This document shows positions 26,085 through 36,559 of a stretch of 64,000 bases of DNA, in pieces. A program made the position numbers and the translations under genes. The DNA is from Chiloscyllium plagiosum (lineage: Eukaryota): assembly GCF_004010195.1 (NCBI RefSeq), contig NC_057711.1, positions 78,928,456 through 78,992,455 of the forward strand, read 5' to 3'. The stretch's first letter is position 1; every line of letters begins with the position of its first letter. The notes below the pieces were generated by a model. That model did not search any database, had not been told where the DNA came from, and was given only the letters and a program-made list of their open reading frames with translations.

Positions 26085-26690
26085 AGTGCTGGCAAGGGCA
26101 GCATTTGTAGTCCAACTCTGATTGCCCTGGAGCTGAATGGCTGCCCAGACCATTTCAGGGGGCAGTTAAGAGTCAACCATATTGCTCTGGGGTCAAATCT
26201 AGCCTAGGCGAAAGTGAGGGCTGCAGATTTGAGACAAGATTAGAGTGGTGCTGGAAAAGCACAACAGGCCAGGCAGTATCCGAGCAGCAGGAAAATCGAC
26301 TTTTCGGGCAGAAGCCTTTCATCAGGAATCATCAGCAGGATTCCTGATGAAGGGCTCCTGCTTGAATCGTCGATATTTCTGCTCCTCAGATACTGCCTGG
26401 CCTGCTGTGCTTTTCCAGCACCACTCTAATCTTGACTCAAATCTAGCCTAGACTGGTTTAGGATGGCAGTTATCCTCCCTGAAAGGAAATTAACGAACTA
26501 GATAATTTTTTTTAAACAACAGTTGATAAAAGTTTTGTGGTCTCTGTCGCAGAGACAAACGTCATGATTCGAGGTTTATTAATTGAATTGAAACTCCTAG
26601 CTGCTGTAATGTGATTTGAATCTGGGGCACTAGGTTACAAAGTCCAGTGACAGAATCATAACCATTATCGCTACAGCAGCTGCTAGCCTG
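26085..26690 (-). mobile_element. Second tRNA-derived shark SINE family (LINE-like tail), with nested PLE
   Basis: ggcagttaagagtcaaccatattgct..gaaaggaaattaacgaactagat; related copies at 29545-29835 and 60430-60800. Confidence 0.65.
26208..26436. mobile_element. Fold-back PLE tail mini-element (family A variant) with 15-bp TSD
   Basis: TSD tcaaatctagcctag at 26193-26207 and 26437-26451; two divergent ttcctgatga cores. Confidence 0.9.
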
Positions 26691-26699
26691 GTGATGTCT

Positions 26700-26925
26700 T
26701 TGAGCACCTGTTTTATATTCAGCTTTATATTTTGATTTCCATGGCCAGGGTCTTTCTTCAGCAATAACCATCTTCGCATTTCTCTATATGCTGTCCTGTG
26801 ACTTTCACGCTGGGCTGTTTTCATTTCTGTAACCGTTCCTTCACTTCTTTCGCTGCATTTCCTGAGGTTTGATCCTGCCGCTTGGTTTCTTTGCCTGCCT
26901 TAATTGCTGATGACCTCCTTAGCCA
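26700..26925 (-). mobile_element. RTE ORF fragment (linker between EN and RT)
   Basis: SAIKAGKETKR..KTAQRE..AYREM resembles the RTE linker; collinear with the RTE at 23.8-25.5 kb. Confidence 0.45.
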
Positions 26926-27214
26926 AATATAGAATTTGTAAATTGACGATTTTAATATGTGGTATTAAAACAGGACTGATACCATCTGTAGAAATTTGCA
27001 TGAGCTTTTGATTTACAGTTTCTTAGGAAATCTACTAAACCCAGATATAAGCGGATTAAAGATATTGCAAATGTGCCTGACACATTAAAAAATATTAACA
27101 GGTCTCAGACAAACACTCTGCATATGGCGTGCGTGTTATATCAACCCATGGTGAACAAGACAAGTATATTAAAAATTAACAGAGTTGGGCATTTAGTAAA
27201 TATGTTTAAGGGAT

Positions 27215-28075
27215 ACTGGCAGTGTTAAAACAGTCACTATTTATTACCCAATCCTAATTGCCCCTTCAGAGGGTAGTGGTGAGTTGCGTTCTTAAACCAC
27301 TGCAGCCTATGTGTTAGGAATGGGGATTTTGACCCAGTTGACACTGAAGGCTAGGCAATATATTTCCAAGTCAGGATGGCAAGTGGCTTGAAGGGAATGT
27401 CCTCATCCTGGATAGTACAGGTTGCAAATTTGGCAGGTGCTGTTGACTAAAGCTTTGAAGTCGATACAGCACATTGTGTAGATTATAAGAGACACTGAAA
27501 GCTGGTTGTGACTTAGTGACTGCTCCAAGTAGTGAATAGGGTGGCAATCGAGCCAGCTGCTTTGTCCTGGATAGGGTCCAGCTTCTTGAGTGTTGTTGGA
27601 GCTGCAGTCATCCAGGCACGTGGGGAGGCACTTCTAACTTGTGCCTTGTGGATAGTGGGATAGAATTCGGAGAGTCTGTGGGGTAGGTTATTTGAGGTAG
27701 AATTCTCAGCCTCTGACCCTGCTTTTGTTGTCACAGGATGCTGTGGTTGTGGGGTATGTTTGCTGAGCTGGGAAGTTGATTTGCAGACGTTTCATGTCCT
27801 GTCCAGGTGGCATTTTCAGGGCTTTGGAGCCTTCTCTGAAGTGCTGCTGTAGTCCAAAGCACTGAAGATGTTACCTAGACAGGGGATGAAAGGTCTGCAA
27901 ATTAACTTCCCAGCTCAGCGAGCATTCCCAACAATCATGGCAACTGGCACCAGAGCTACATATCTTGACACAACAGCATCTATATGGTTAGTCCAATTCA
28001 GTTTCTGGTCAATGGCAACCACCAGGATGTTGATGGGGGAATTCAATGATCGTGATGCTGTCAAAGGTGTCAGGA
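27215..28075 (-). mobile_element. CR1/L2-group LINE 3' fragment with nested PLE palindrome
   Basis: ORF 27513..27734 TIHKAQVRS..AWMTAAPTTLKKLDPIQDKAA; tail cctaattgcccctt. Confidence 0.75.
27745..27968. mobile_element. Fold-back PLE tail element, family C
   Basis: gctgagctgggaagttgatttgcagacgtttc... versus ...gaaaggtctgcaaattaacttcccagctcagc; plus core cactgaagatgttacctagacaggggatgaaaggtctg. Confidence 0.8.
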
Positions 28076-28692
28076 CTAAGGACATTTTTTGTGGGGTGTG
28101 GTGATGAAGGATGGGTGTACAGAGTTGTTTGTCGACTTTCTGTGGAAGATGACCAACTATTAACTACACCACAACATTTTCTGCACTTGTCAGTTTCCCT
28201 GGGTAACATACAATACTGTTTTGGCCAATTTCAGCTCAGGCTTCGAAAGGTTCTGACGATTTGTGAAGCTTTTATTTCAAAGTCCTAGTCGAGGGAGTGA
28301 GTGGTGATTTTTTTTTTGCTTTTCTGAGCAATCCGTTAAGTGGAAACTCAGCCAGATTCATCAAATAAATCCTAAATGAGGAGCTTCATCTAGTGGGTGG
28401 TTCACTTGCAGTGAAAGGGAACAGAGAGAGGTGAAATTCCATCTGTCACCTCCAGTTTACTTTCAATCCCCTGATTGACTTGTTTAACTTTGTTACTATT
28501 TGCAAAGCTATCATTTAGTAAGAGAGACAGGAGTTCATTTTAAAGTTAATTACACCATCCCCATATCAAGTGTTACTTCTGAACATTCTAATTTAGATCA
28601 TTTAAAGCATCATTAGAATTAAACATGCAGAATTTAAATCTTTTTATTACTTTTTCCCAGTGAGCTGTTAAGTCTCTGATTTGAATACTCAC

Positions 28693-28741
28693 CATTTCTG
28701 ACACTCTATGGTTACATTTTGCATTCCTCTGTCACTTGTTG
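28693..28741 (-). other. Candidate 49-nt exon
   Basis: Acceptor ctttgcacttaacctcag, strong donor ATG|gtgagt. Confidence 0.3.
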
Positions 28742-28799
28742 CTGAGGTTAAGTGCAAAGCAATGATTTGACACTGCCCCAATTGTGTACTTCAGTAACG

Positions 28800-29248
28800 T
28801 GCCATGGTTAGCATCAGGGACCTGGGTTCAATCCCAGCCTTGGGCTACTGTGTGGAGTTTACACATTGTGCCTGTGTGGGCTTCCTTCCCCCAGTCCAAA
28901 AATGTGCAGGTTAGATGCATTGACTGTGGTCAAATTACCCATAGTCTCTAGGTATGTGCAGAATAGGTGGGTAAGCCATGGGGAAAATAATGTGACACCA
29001 AGTTAAGTTCTAGCAGGTTTATTTGAAATCACAAGCTTTTGGAGCACAGCCTTCCCCTTCAGTGGTAATGCTTTCAAATAAACCTGTTGGACCTGATGTC
29101 ACGTCACTTCAGCTACCTCGGTCCAACAACACCACCTCCACATCACAGCTATGCAAAATGCAGGGTTACAGTGATAGGGTGGGATGTTCTTCAGGGGGTT
29201 GGTCTACTTGATGGGCTGAATAGCCTGCTTCCACACTGTGGGGATTCT
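28800..29248 (+). mobile_element. HE1 SINE with nested degenerate family-B fold-back (about 28990-29145)
   Basis: gggttcaatcccagcc..cagtccaaaaatgtgcaggttag; caggtttatttgaaa versus tttcaaataaacctg. Confidence 0.8.
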
Positions 29249-29544
29249 AGGAGATCCATTTCATACAATTGACTGCACAGGTCCAGATGAAGAAATCTCC
29301 ATCCCAGGAACGACAACCTCCTCTATACGTGGCATGTTCGCTTTGCACCCTTTTGGGGTGGATCCATTTTGAAACACCTCCCTGGTGTTGAGGATGCTTC
29401 TTCACAAATGTTCCAAAGCATTGGTGGGGCTTCTGCTGTCATTCGCAATGCTCCAATGATTGTCACAGGGGGTCTCTTCCACCTGAATTGATGCAGCACC
29501 TTTGAGTTTTTCCTGCATTCACAACACGTGGACAATACTGGCTT

Positions 29545-29835
29545 AACCAGCATTTACTGCCCACACCTATTTTGCCAGTGCACATTTGAGAGGCAACCAC
29601 ATTGCTCTGGGTCTGGAGTCATGTGTTGGTCAGACCATGTAAAGGTGGCAGTTTCCTTCCCGAAAGGGCTTTAGTGAACCAGATGAGCTTTTCTCATAAT
29701 TAACAATGGATCCATGATCATCATTAGACTCTTAATCCCAGATTTTTTTGTTAATTGAATTCAAATTCTACTATCTACCATGGTGGGATTTGAACCTGGG
29801 ACTGAGGACATTACTTGAGTGTCTGGATTAATAGG
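29545..29835 (-). mobile_element. Second shark SINE family copy
   Basis: ggtctggagtcatgtg..gtgggatttgaacc (reverse B-box). Confidence 0.7.
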
Positions 29836-29841
29836 CTAATG

Positions 29842-30141
29842 AGCGGCACGGTGGCTCAGTGGTTAGCACTACTGCCTCACAGCATCAGGGACCCAAGTTT
29901 GATTCCAGCCTCAGGCGCCTGTCTGTGTGGAGTTTACACATTCTCCCTGTGTCTGTGTGGGTTTCCTCCCACAATCCAAAGGTGTGCAGGTTAGGTGAAT
30001 TGGCCAAGCTAAATTGCCCATAGTGTTCAGGGATGTGTAGGTTAGTCAGGTGAAAATGTAGGGTAATGGGTCTGGGTGGGATACTCTTTGGAGGGTCGGT
30101 GTGGACTTGTTGGCCTGTTTCCGCACTGTAGGGAATCTAAT
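29842..30141 (+). mobile_element. HE1 SINE
   Basis: gcggcacggtggctcagtggttagcact..cactgtagggaatcta. Confidence 0.92.
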
Positions 30142-30234
30142 TCTAGTGATAACACCAAAGAGCCATTGCCTTGGAAATTGTCCCAAAGATTCTTCCTGAG
30201 TCTAGGAGCAGACGGCATCATCACCCATTTAATA

Positions 30235-30490
30235 AGGAATCACCCATTTAAGACAGAGGATGAGGAGGAATTTTTTCTCTTGTGAATCTGTGGAATTCGT
30301 TAGAACAAAGGGTTGTCAAATATATAGGCCGAGATGGACAGATTTTTCATAAGTATCAAGGGTTATGGGGAAAAGCTTTTACTGTGGAGTGGAGGATTTC
30401 CAGATCAGCTGCATTCTCATTGAATGGAGCAGCAGGCTCAATGGGCTGAATGGCCTATATCTGCTTCTATGACTATGCTCTTATGGTGTC
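30235..30490 (+). mobile_element. CR1 3' terminal fragment
   Basis: ccatttaagacagaggatgaggaggaattttttctct..gggctgaatggcct. Confidence 0.75.
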
Positions 30491-30894
30491 TGACACTGAA
30501 CTACACGGGAGGGGCCATAAGACAGATGATCAAAATCCCAGTCAGAAGGGTACATGTTTTAAGCCATGGCTTCAGTGGAGAAACACAGATTGAGAGATGC
30601 ATGCGGGAAATTCCAGAACTTGGGATGAGAAACTGAAGCCAAGTTCACCAAAAGTGAGGTGAATGGAGACTGAAATCAGGTGGGGTGTAAATTAGTTGTT
30701 CAGACCTGGACCCACCTATTCCCCTCAGACTGGGTTCACTTAAAGTGACTTGCACTACATTTTGTCCCTAGAAACCATAAGCTCCTATTGGAAGTAGGCA
30801 GCAACGTGGATGTGTGGTTACAATCGAAGGGTTGACTCCTGTTCGGATTTGATTGATGAAATATCGAATGGTTGCATTACAAAAGGTTGCATTT

Positions 30895-31108
30895 AGGTAG
30901 TTCTTCTAAAATCGATGGTTGCATTATTGTGCAACCCCGCATCATAGAAAAATTGTGCTTTAGAAACAGCGCTTAAAGTGTTGGCGATGTAATCATGTTG
31001 CAGCCAACACATTTTAAAAGTTTGCACTTTAGAAACAGTGTCCCCAATTTGTCAATCGGGTTCCGGCAAACCCCTGTTAACGAAGCGTGTGTTACAGCAG
31101 AACGACCC
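30895..31108. mobile_element. Tc1/mariner (Tigger-like) MITE
   Basis: Imperfect TIRs aggtagttcttctaaaatcg / gtgttacagcagaacgaccc; no ORF. Confidence 0.55.
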
Positions 31109-31109
31109 A

Positions 31110-31440
31110 TTCATGGGATGTTGGCGTCGTTAACTGGAGCAGCATTTATTGCCCATGTCTAATTGCCTTTGAGAAAATGGTGGTGAACTGCCTTCTTAAA
31201 CTGCTGCAGTCATTGGCGAAGGAATGCTGCTATAATAGGAGCTCCAGAACTTTGACCCAACCACATTGAAGAAAGGGCAATATATTCCCATTCAGGTTGG
31301 TGAATGGCTCGGAGGGGAACTTAGAGTTGGTGGTGTTCCTATGTATCTATTGCAATTGTCCCTCCATATGGAGGTAGCTGTAGGTTTGGAAGGTGCTGTT
31401 GAAGGAAACTTGGCGAATTGTAGCAGCGTGTCTTGTAGAT
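31110..31440 (-). mobile_element. CR1/L2-group LINE 3' tail
   Basis: gcatttattgcccatgtctaattgcctttgagaaaatggtggtgaactgccttctt. Confidence 0.7.
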
Positions 31441-31615
31441 CAATTTGGTCCATTATATCCATGCTAGCTCTCTGTAAGTCCATACAAACATACACACAAT
31501 AGGAGCAGGAGTAGGCCACTCAGCTCCTCAAGTGTGTGTGCTATTGAATAATCTGATCTGATTACTCCGCATTCCCACCTAGATCCATAACTTTTAATTA
31601 AGCCTTTGTCCATTA

Positions 31616-31898
31616 AGAGGAAGTGAGGACTGCAGATGCTGGAGATCAGAGTCAAAAAGTGTGGCACTGGAAAAGCACAGCCGGTCAGACACCATCCGAG
31701 GAGCAGCAAAGTCAACGTTTCGGACATTAGCCCTTCATCAAGAATGCTGCCTATCAGGGTAGCTCAGTAGTTAGCATGCTCCAAGCTCCTCGGTTCAGGC
31801 ATCATTCCTGGTGAAGGGCGTATGCCTGAAATGTCGATTCTCCTGCCCCCCGGATGTTGCCTGACTTGCTGTGCCTTTCCAGCACCACACTCTTCGAC
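31616..31898. mobile_element. Fold-back PLE mini-element (family A) with captured spacer and 10-bp TSD
   Basis: TSD ttgtccatta at 31606-31615 and 31899-31908; inside a CR1 3' fragment. Confidence 0.85.
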
Positions 31899-32609
31899 TT
31901 GTCCATTAGGTATCCATCTACCTCCACCTTAAATGTACTCAAAGATCTTGTTTCCACTGCCTTTTGAGGAAGAGAGCCCCAATGGTTCATGACTGTCTGA
32001 GAAAAAAGCAATTTCTCTTGAGCAATTCCAGTTGTTCCATTCCATTCTGCCATCCAACCTCTCTCCTTAGTCCTGCTGTCAAATAGTTACCTGATTTCCT
32101 TCTGAAAGCCATGATTGAGTCTGTCTCTACTATACTCTTAGACACAGTGTGTCCAGATCCTAACCATCCACCACACAAAAATGTGTTCCCTCATGTAAGC
32201 TCTGGTTCTTTGTCCAATAAATATAAATTGGTGTAATTTAGTTCTTGGCCAGTCGACCATGTTTTCTCTATCTGCTCTGTCCCTCACGATTTTGAACAAA
32301 TCTTTCAAGTCTCCTATTGACCTTACCTCCTCTAAACAGAGCCACCCAATCAATCCCTACGACCGGCGTCCTTCATCCCTGCAACCATTCTCATGAAACT
32401 TTTCCACTGGGGGTCAGAATGCATTGGAGACTGTGCAGAAAAGGATCACAAGAATTATTCCAGGGATGATGGACACTTACGAGGATAGATTGGGCAAGTT
32501 GGGATTGTTTTCCTTGGACAGTAGAATAACTGAAGATTTGATTCAAATCTTCAAAATCACGAGACGTCTGAATAACATATCATCAGAATCCCTATAGGGT
32601 GGAAACAGG

Positions 32610-34013
32610 CCTGAGAATGTGATAGGTAGATGAGGGTGGGGGACAAGGTGATAGGTCAGAGAGAAGGGTGGAGTGGATAGATGTGAAGGAAGATGAACAG
32701 GTAGGACAGTTCAAGAGAACGATGTCAAGTTGGATGGTTGGATCTGGGCTAAGGTGGGGAGCAATTGGGGGGGGAGGAATTTGGAAACTAGTGAAGTCAA
32801 TGTTGATGCCGTGTGGTTGAAGGGTCCCAAGGCAGAAGATGAGGTGTTCTTCCTTCAGTCGTCGGGTGGCTTGGATTTGGCGGAGGTGCAGGACTTGTAT
32901 GTCCTTGGTGGAATGGGAGGGGGCGTTGAAGTGGTCGATCATAAGGTGGTGGGGTTGTTTGGTGCATGTGTTCCAGAGATGTTCCCTGAACTGCTGTGTA
33001 AGTTGGCGTCCTGTTTCCCCAGTATAGAGAAGAACACATCAAGAGCAACAGACACAGTAGATGAGGTGTATGGATGTGTAAGAAAATCTCTGCCACATGT
33101 GACAATGTTCTTTGGGCCTTGGATGGAGGGACGGTGGAGATATAGGCCCAGGTTTTACATCTCTTGTGGTGGCAAGAGAAAGTGTCATGTGTGGAGGGTG
33201 AACTGGTGGGGGGGCATGGGCGTAATGAGGGAGTCATGGAGGGAATGGTCTCTGCGGGATGCAAATATAGGGGACAGAAATATATCTCTGGTGGTGGGGT
33301 CAGATTGTAGGTGGCAGAAATGTGGAGGATAATGCACTGTATCTGGAGATTAGTGGGGTGGAATGTGAAGACCGGCATGGGTGTGGGGGCTTTATCCTTG
33401 TTGCTGTCAGAGGAATGGTACTCAAGGGCGGAGGTGGGGTAAGTGGAGGAGATGTGCTGGAGGGCACTGTTGATCACATGGGAGGGGAAATTGGGGTCCT
33501 TGAAATAGAAGGCCATCTGGGATGTCTTGGAGTGGATTTGCTCCTACTGGAAGCAGATACGGTGGAGGTGGAGGAATTGTGGGCTTATACAGTGGTTGGG
33601 GAGGGGGGGGTGGAATTGGAGGAGGTGTTTCCAGGTAGCTGTGGGAGTTTATGGATTTGAAATAGATGTCCGTGTTGAGTTGGTTGCTAGAGATGGAGAT
33701 GGAGAGGTCCAGGAAGGGGAGGGAGGTATCTGAATTGAATTGAATCGAATTTATTGTCACTTGTACCGAGGCACAGTGAAAATCTTTGTCTTGTGAGCAA
33801 TACAGGCAGATCACATAGTTAAGTAGCATAGATAGTAAATAATAGGTAGGTAGGTAGGTCCAGGTAGTTCAGGTGAACTTGAGGTCAGGGTGGAAAGTGT
33901 TCGTGAAGCTGATGAACTGTTCAACCTCCTCGTGGGAGCAAGAGGTGATGCCAATACAGTCATCCATGTTGTGGAGGAGAAGGTGGGGGATGGTGCCAGT
34001 GTGACTGCGGAAG
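32610..34013 (-). mobile_element. Penelope-like element fragment (RT to GIY-YIG to UTR) with nested Rex tail (about 33731-33850)
   Basis: ORFs 33422..33829 (LPFLDLSI..DIYFK), 32797..33516, 32592..32942 (RRLKEEHLIFCLGTLQPHGINIDF). Confidence 0.9.
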
Positions 34014-34393
34014 ACGTGTCAGAGTGTGGACATAGATACCACCATTACGGGTGGGGGCACCTCCCATCTTGTACATGGCAGGTACTCATGTGACTCAGCC
34101 AACTTTGTCTATCTTATATGTTGCAGGCACGGTACATTGGCTACGACAATGGATGAATGGCCACTGCATAACAATCAACAGATAGGAGGGTTCCCTCCCA
34201 GTTGGGGAACACTTCAGTGGTCCAGGACATTTAGCCTCGGACCTTCGGGTGACCATCCTCCAAGGTGGACTTCGGGACAGGCAGCAGAGAAAAGTGGCCG
34301 AGCAGAGGTTGATAGCTAAGTTGGGTACCCATAGGGAGGGCCTCAACCAGGACCTTGGGTTCATGTCACATTACAGGTGACCACCATTGCACT

Positions 34394-34636
34394 ATACACA
34401 CACACAGATACTCCTACACACACTCACACACACACACAGGCACTCCGATACACACATACACATGGACACACATACACACACACCCTTACAGACACGCACA
34501 CTCCCACACTCACACATGCAGCCCCTCACAGACTTAAGACACTCTGCACTCACTACACACACACACATACACTTTCTCACACTCACAACCCCCAACCCAG
34601 AAAGACACACACAGACAAAGACCCACATGCACACAT
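34394..34636. repeat. Degenerate (CA)n low-complexity tract within PLE 3' UTR
   Basis: acacacacacac-rich sequence; source of spurious HT-repeat ORFs. Confidence 0.9.
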
Positions 34637-35021
34637 ATATTTTGTGGGGTGAATTTGTACTTTGCTCAAAAACTGCATGCATTCATGTAGAACTCTGAGC
34701 TCAAAAACTGCATGCATTTATGTAAAACTCCGTTATCTCACTTTTTAGATTAGAATCAATCTAAACATCATGGCATAGACAGAGAACACAGGGGGCTAGC
34801 ACCTTCAACATATTGTCTAGCTATCACCATTGTTAACAGCTAACCCGAGAATGCAACTTTTTAAAAAAAGGTTTTGTGATTTACACATGAAAGAAGTGAA
34901 ACTATCACTGTATTCTAACAGATGAAAGGCTTAACAATCAATTTTTCAATGTATAATTTCAGTTACATCACACTGTAAATTTTTGCTATAAATTCTGTGT
35001 TAGGATTGAGCTCTCCACTAT

Positions 35022-35056
35022 CACCTGATGAAGGAGCGACGCTCCGAAAGCTAGTG
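35022..35056 (+). ncRNA. Minimal type-I hammerhead ribozyme, family B
   Basis: CAC-CTGATGA-a-GGAGC-gac-GCTCC-GAAA-gc-TA|GTG; stem I CAC/GTG. Confidence 0.85.
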
Positions 35057-35385
35057 TGCTTCCAATTAAACCTATTGGACTATAACCTGGTGTTGTGTGA
35101 TTTTTAACTTTGTACACCCCAGTCCAACACCGGCATCTCCAAATCTTGATTACAAAACCTTGCATTTGTAGCAGTGGCTGTCAAGATGATTATATTTGAA
35201 TTACTGCAAAATCAAATCAATGTGATTGAACAGTTCATGACACTTTGGTGCATTATATTTCATTCTGCCGCTTGGTAACCAGAGAACCTATTTCTCTGTC
35301 TGCATTGTGGAAGAATCTTAGATACCACTGATCTCCAGCATTTTCTTCATCATCAGTTACGTGGAGGGTTACCTCTAGTTCTCAC

Positions 35386-35450
35386 CTTCTGTTTTGTACC
35401 CTGTTTTACCAGAGCGTAAAGAGAAGACTCAAGTAATTTAATGTGTTTCC
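35386..35450 (-). other. Candidate 65-nt exon
   Basis: Acceptor tgtatgcattttaccag, donor AAG|gtgaga; one open frame KHIKLLESSLYALVKQGTKQK. Confidence 0.25.
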
Positions 35451-36053
35451 CTGGTAAAATGCATACATTTAATGAAGGTGACAATAATGGATAGGTCTCA
35501 AATGCCATAAGGATCAGGATGAATGTTAGTGGATGATGTAAAGTTGGTAAGAAGTGCACAAGAAAAAATTGATGGAGGCATTTAGAAAATTAGTGGGCAT
35601 AGGGAATAAAGAGGTGGAGTAGGCTTCATAAGGCAGAGTGGCGTGAGGTAATGTAAGATATAAGTGAATGAGAAACTGAAGTTACATTTCCTGGCCTCAT
35701 TCAATTATTAAAGCATTTTTTCCATTGGATCCAGGAGCATGACACAATACTTCTCAAACAGCTCCGGCCATGCCCGTTTCAGTTTATGCTGAAACTTTGT
35801 AGACTCTATGACATGCGGAGTAACAGAGAAAGCTATGACACCAACTTGTCCTTGTGTCACAGAGAAAACTGACAGTGGAGACCTGAAGCATGCTGCCCAG
35901 CTTAATTGGGCCTAACCTGGACATAGGTCCGGTTAATCCCACAGTGTTAAAATACAATGTTGAAGGTACTGCTTTTGGTTGCAATATTAAGTTAAATCTC
36001 CATCTACCTTCACATGTGAATGTAAAGGACATTATGTAACAATTTTAAAAAAG

Positions 36054-36186
36054 AAAAGCGCAGCAGGTCAGGCAGCATCCAAGGAGCAGGAGAATTGACA
36101 TTTCGGACATAAGCCCTTCTTCAGGATTCCTTTTCCAGCAACACATTTTCAGCTCTGATCTCCAGCATCTGCAGTCCTCACTTTCT
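36054..36186. mobile_element. Rearranged family A PLE tail (inverted pieces)
   Basis: aaaagcgcagcaggtc..cccttcttcagga then cttttccagcaacac..cctcactttc. Confidence 0.8.
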
Positions 36187-36419
36187 GCTACACTAAAGAA
36201 TTCCTGCAGGGATGTCCAGGGCTCAGATGATTGGTCTTGAAGACCTTCCTTTCTGCTTGGTATGACTTCAACCATTTGAGAGCTATCCCCAATTTCTATT
36301 AACTCCAGTTTTGCTAAAGCTCCTTGATGCTCCAGCCCACTCTCCACTCTGTAGTGTTAGTAAGGGACAGTATCATGAGGGGGATTGACACTGTTCTCTG
36401 CCACAAAGAATGTGATTTT

Positions 36420-36545
36420 ATCTCTCCACCCCCGAGGCTTCCAGCCTCATTCCTGATCAAGGGCTCCTGCCCGAAACCTTGATTTTCCTGCTCCTCGGAT
36501 GCTGCCTGACCTGCTGTGCATCTTCACCACCACTCTAATATTGAC
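36420..36545 (+). mobile_element. Family A variant PLE tail with mutated hammerhead
   Basis: ttcctgatcaagggctcctgcccgaaaccttg. Confidence 0.75.
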
Positions 36546-36559
36546 GCAAAGATTATGAG

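Larger units (their letters stand above)
34015..35146 (+). mobile_element. Second PLE family (Neptune-like) 3' fragment: GIY-YIG, (CA)-rich UTR, hammerhead, family B tail
   Basis: GRYSCDSANFVYLIC; accatcctccaaggtgga..gagcagaggttgatagctaag..gagggcctcaac (ILQGG..EQRLIAK..GLN). Confidence 0.85.

Noticed and set aside
26700..26925. Purine-rich minus-strand ORF as a host exon
   Set aside because: Better explained as an RTE linker fragment collinear with the RTE at 23.8-25.5 kb
34355..34698. His/Thr- and Cys/Val-repeat ORFs
   Set aside because: Translations of a (CA)n tract
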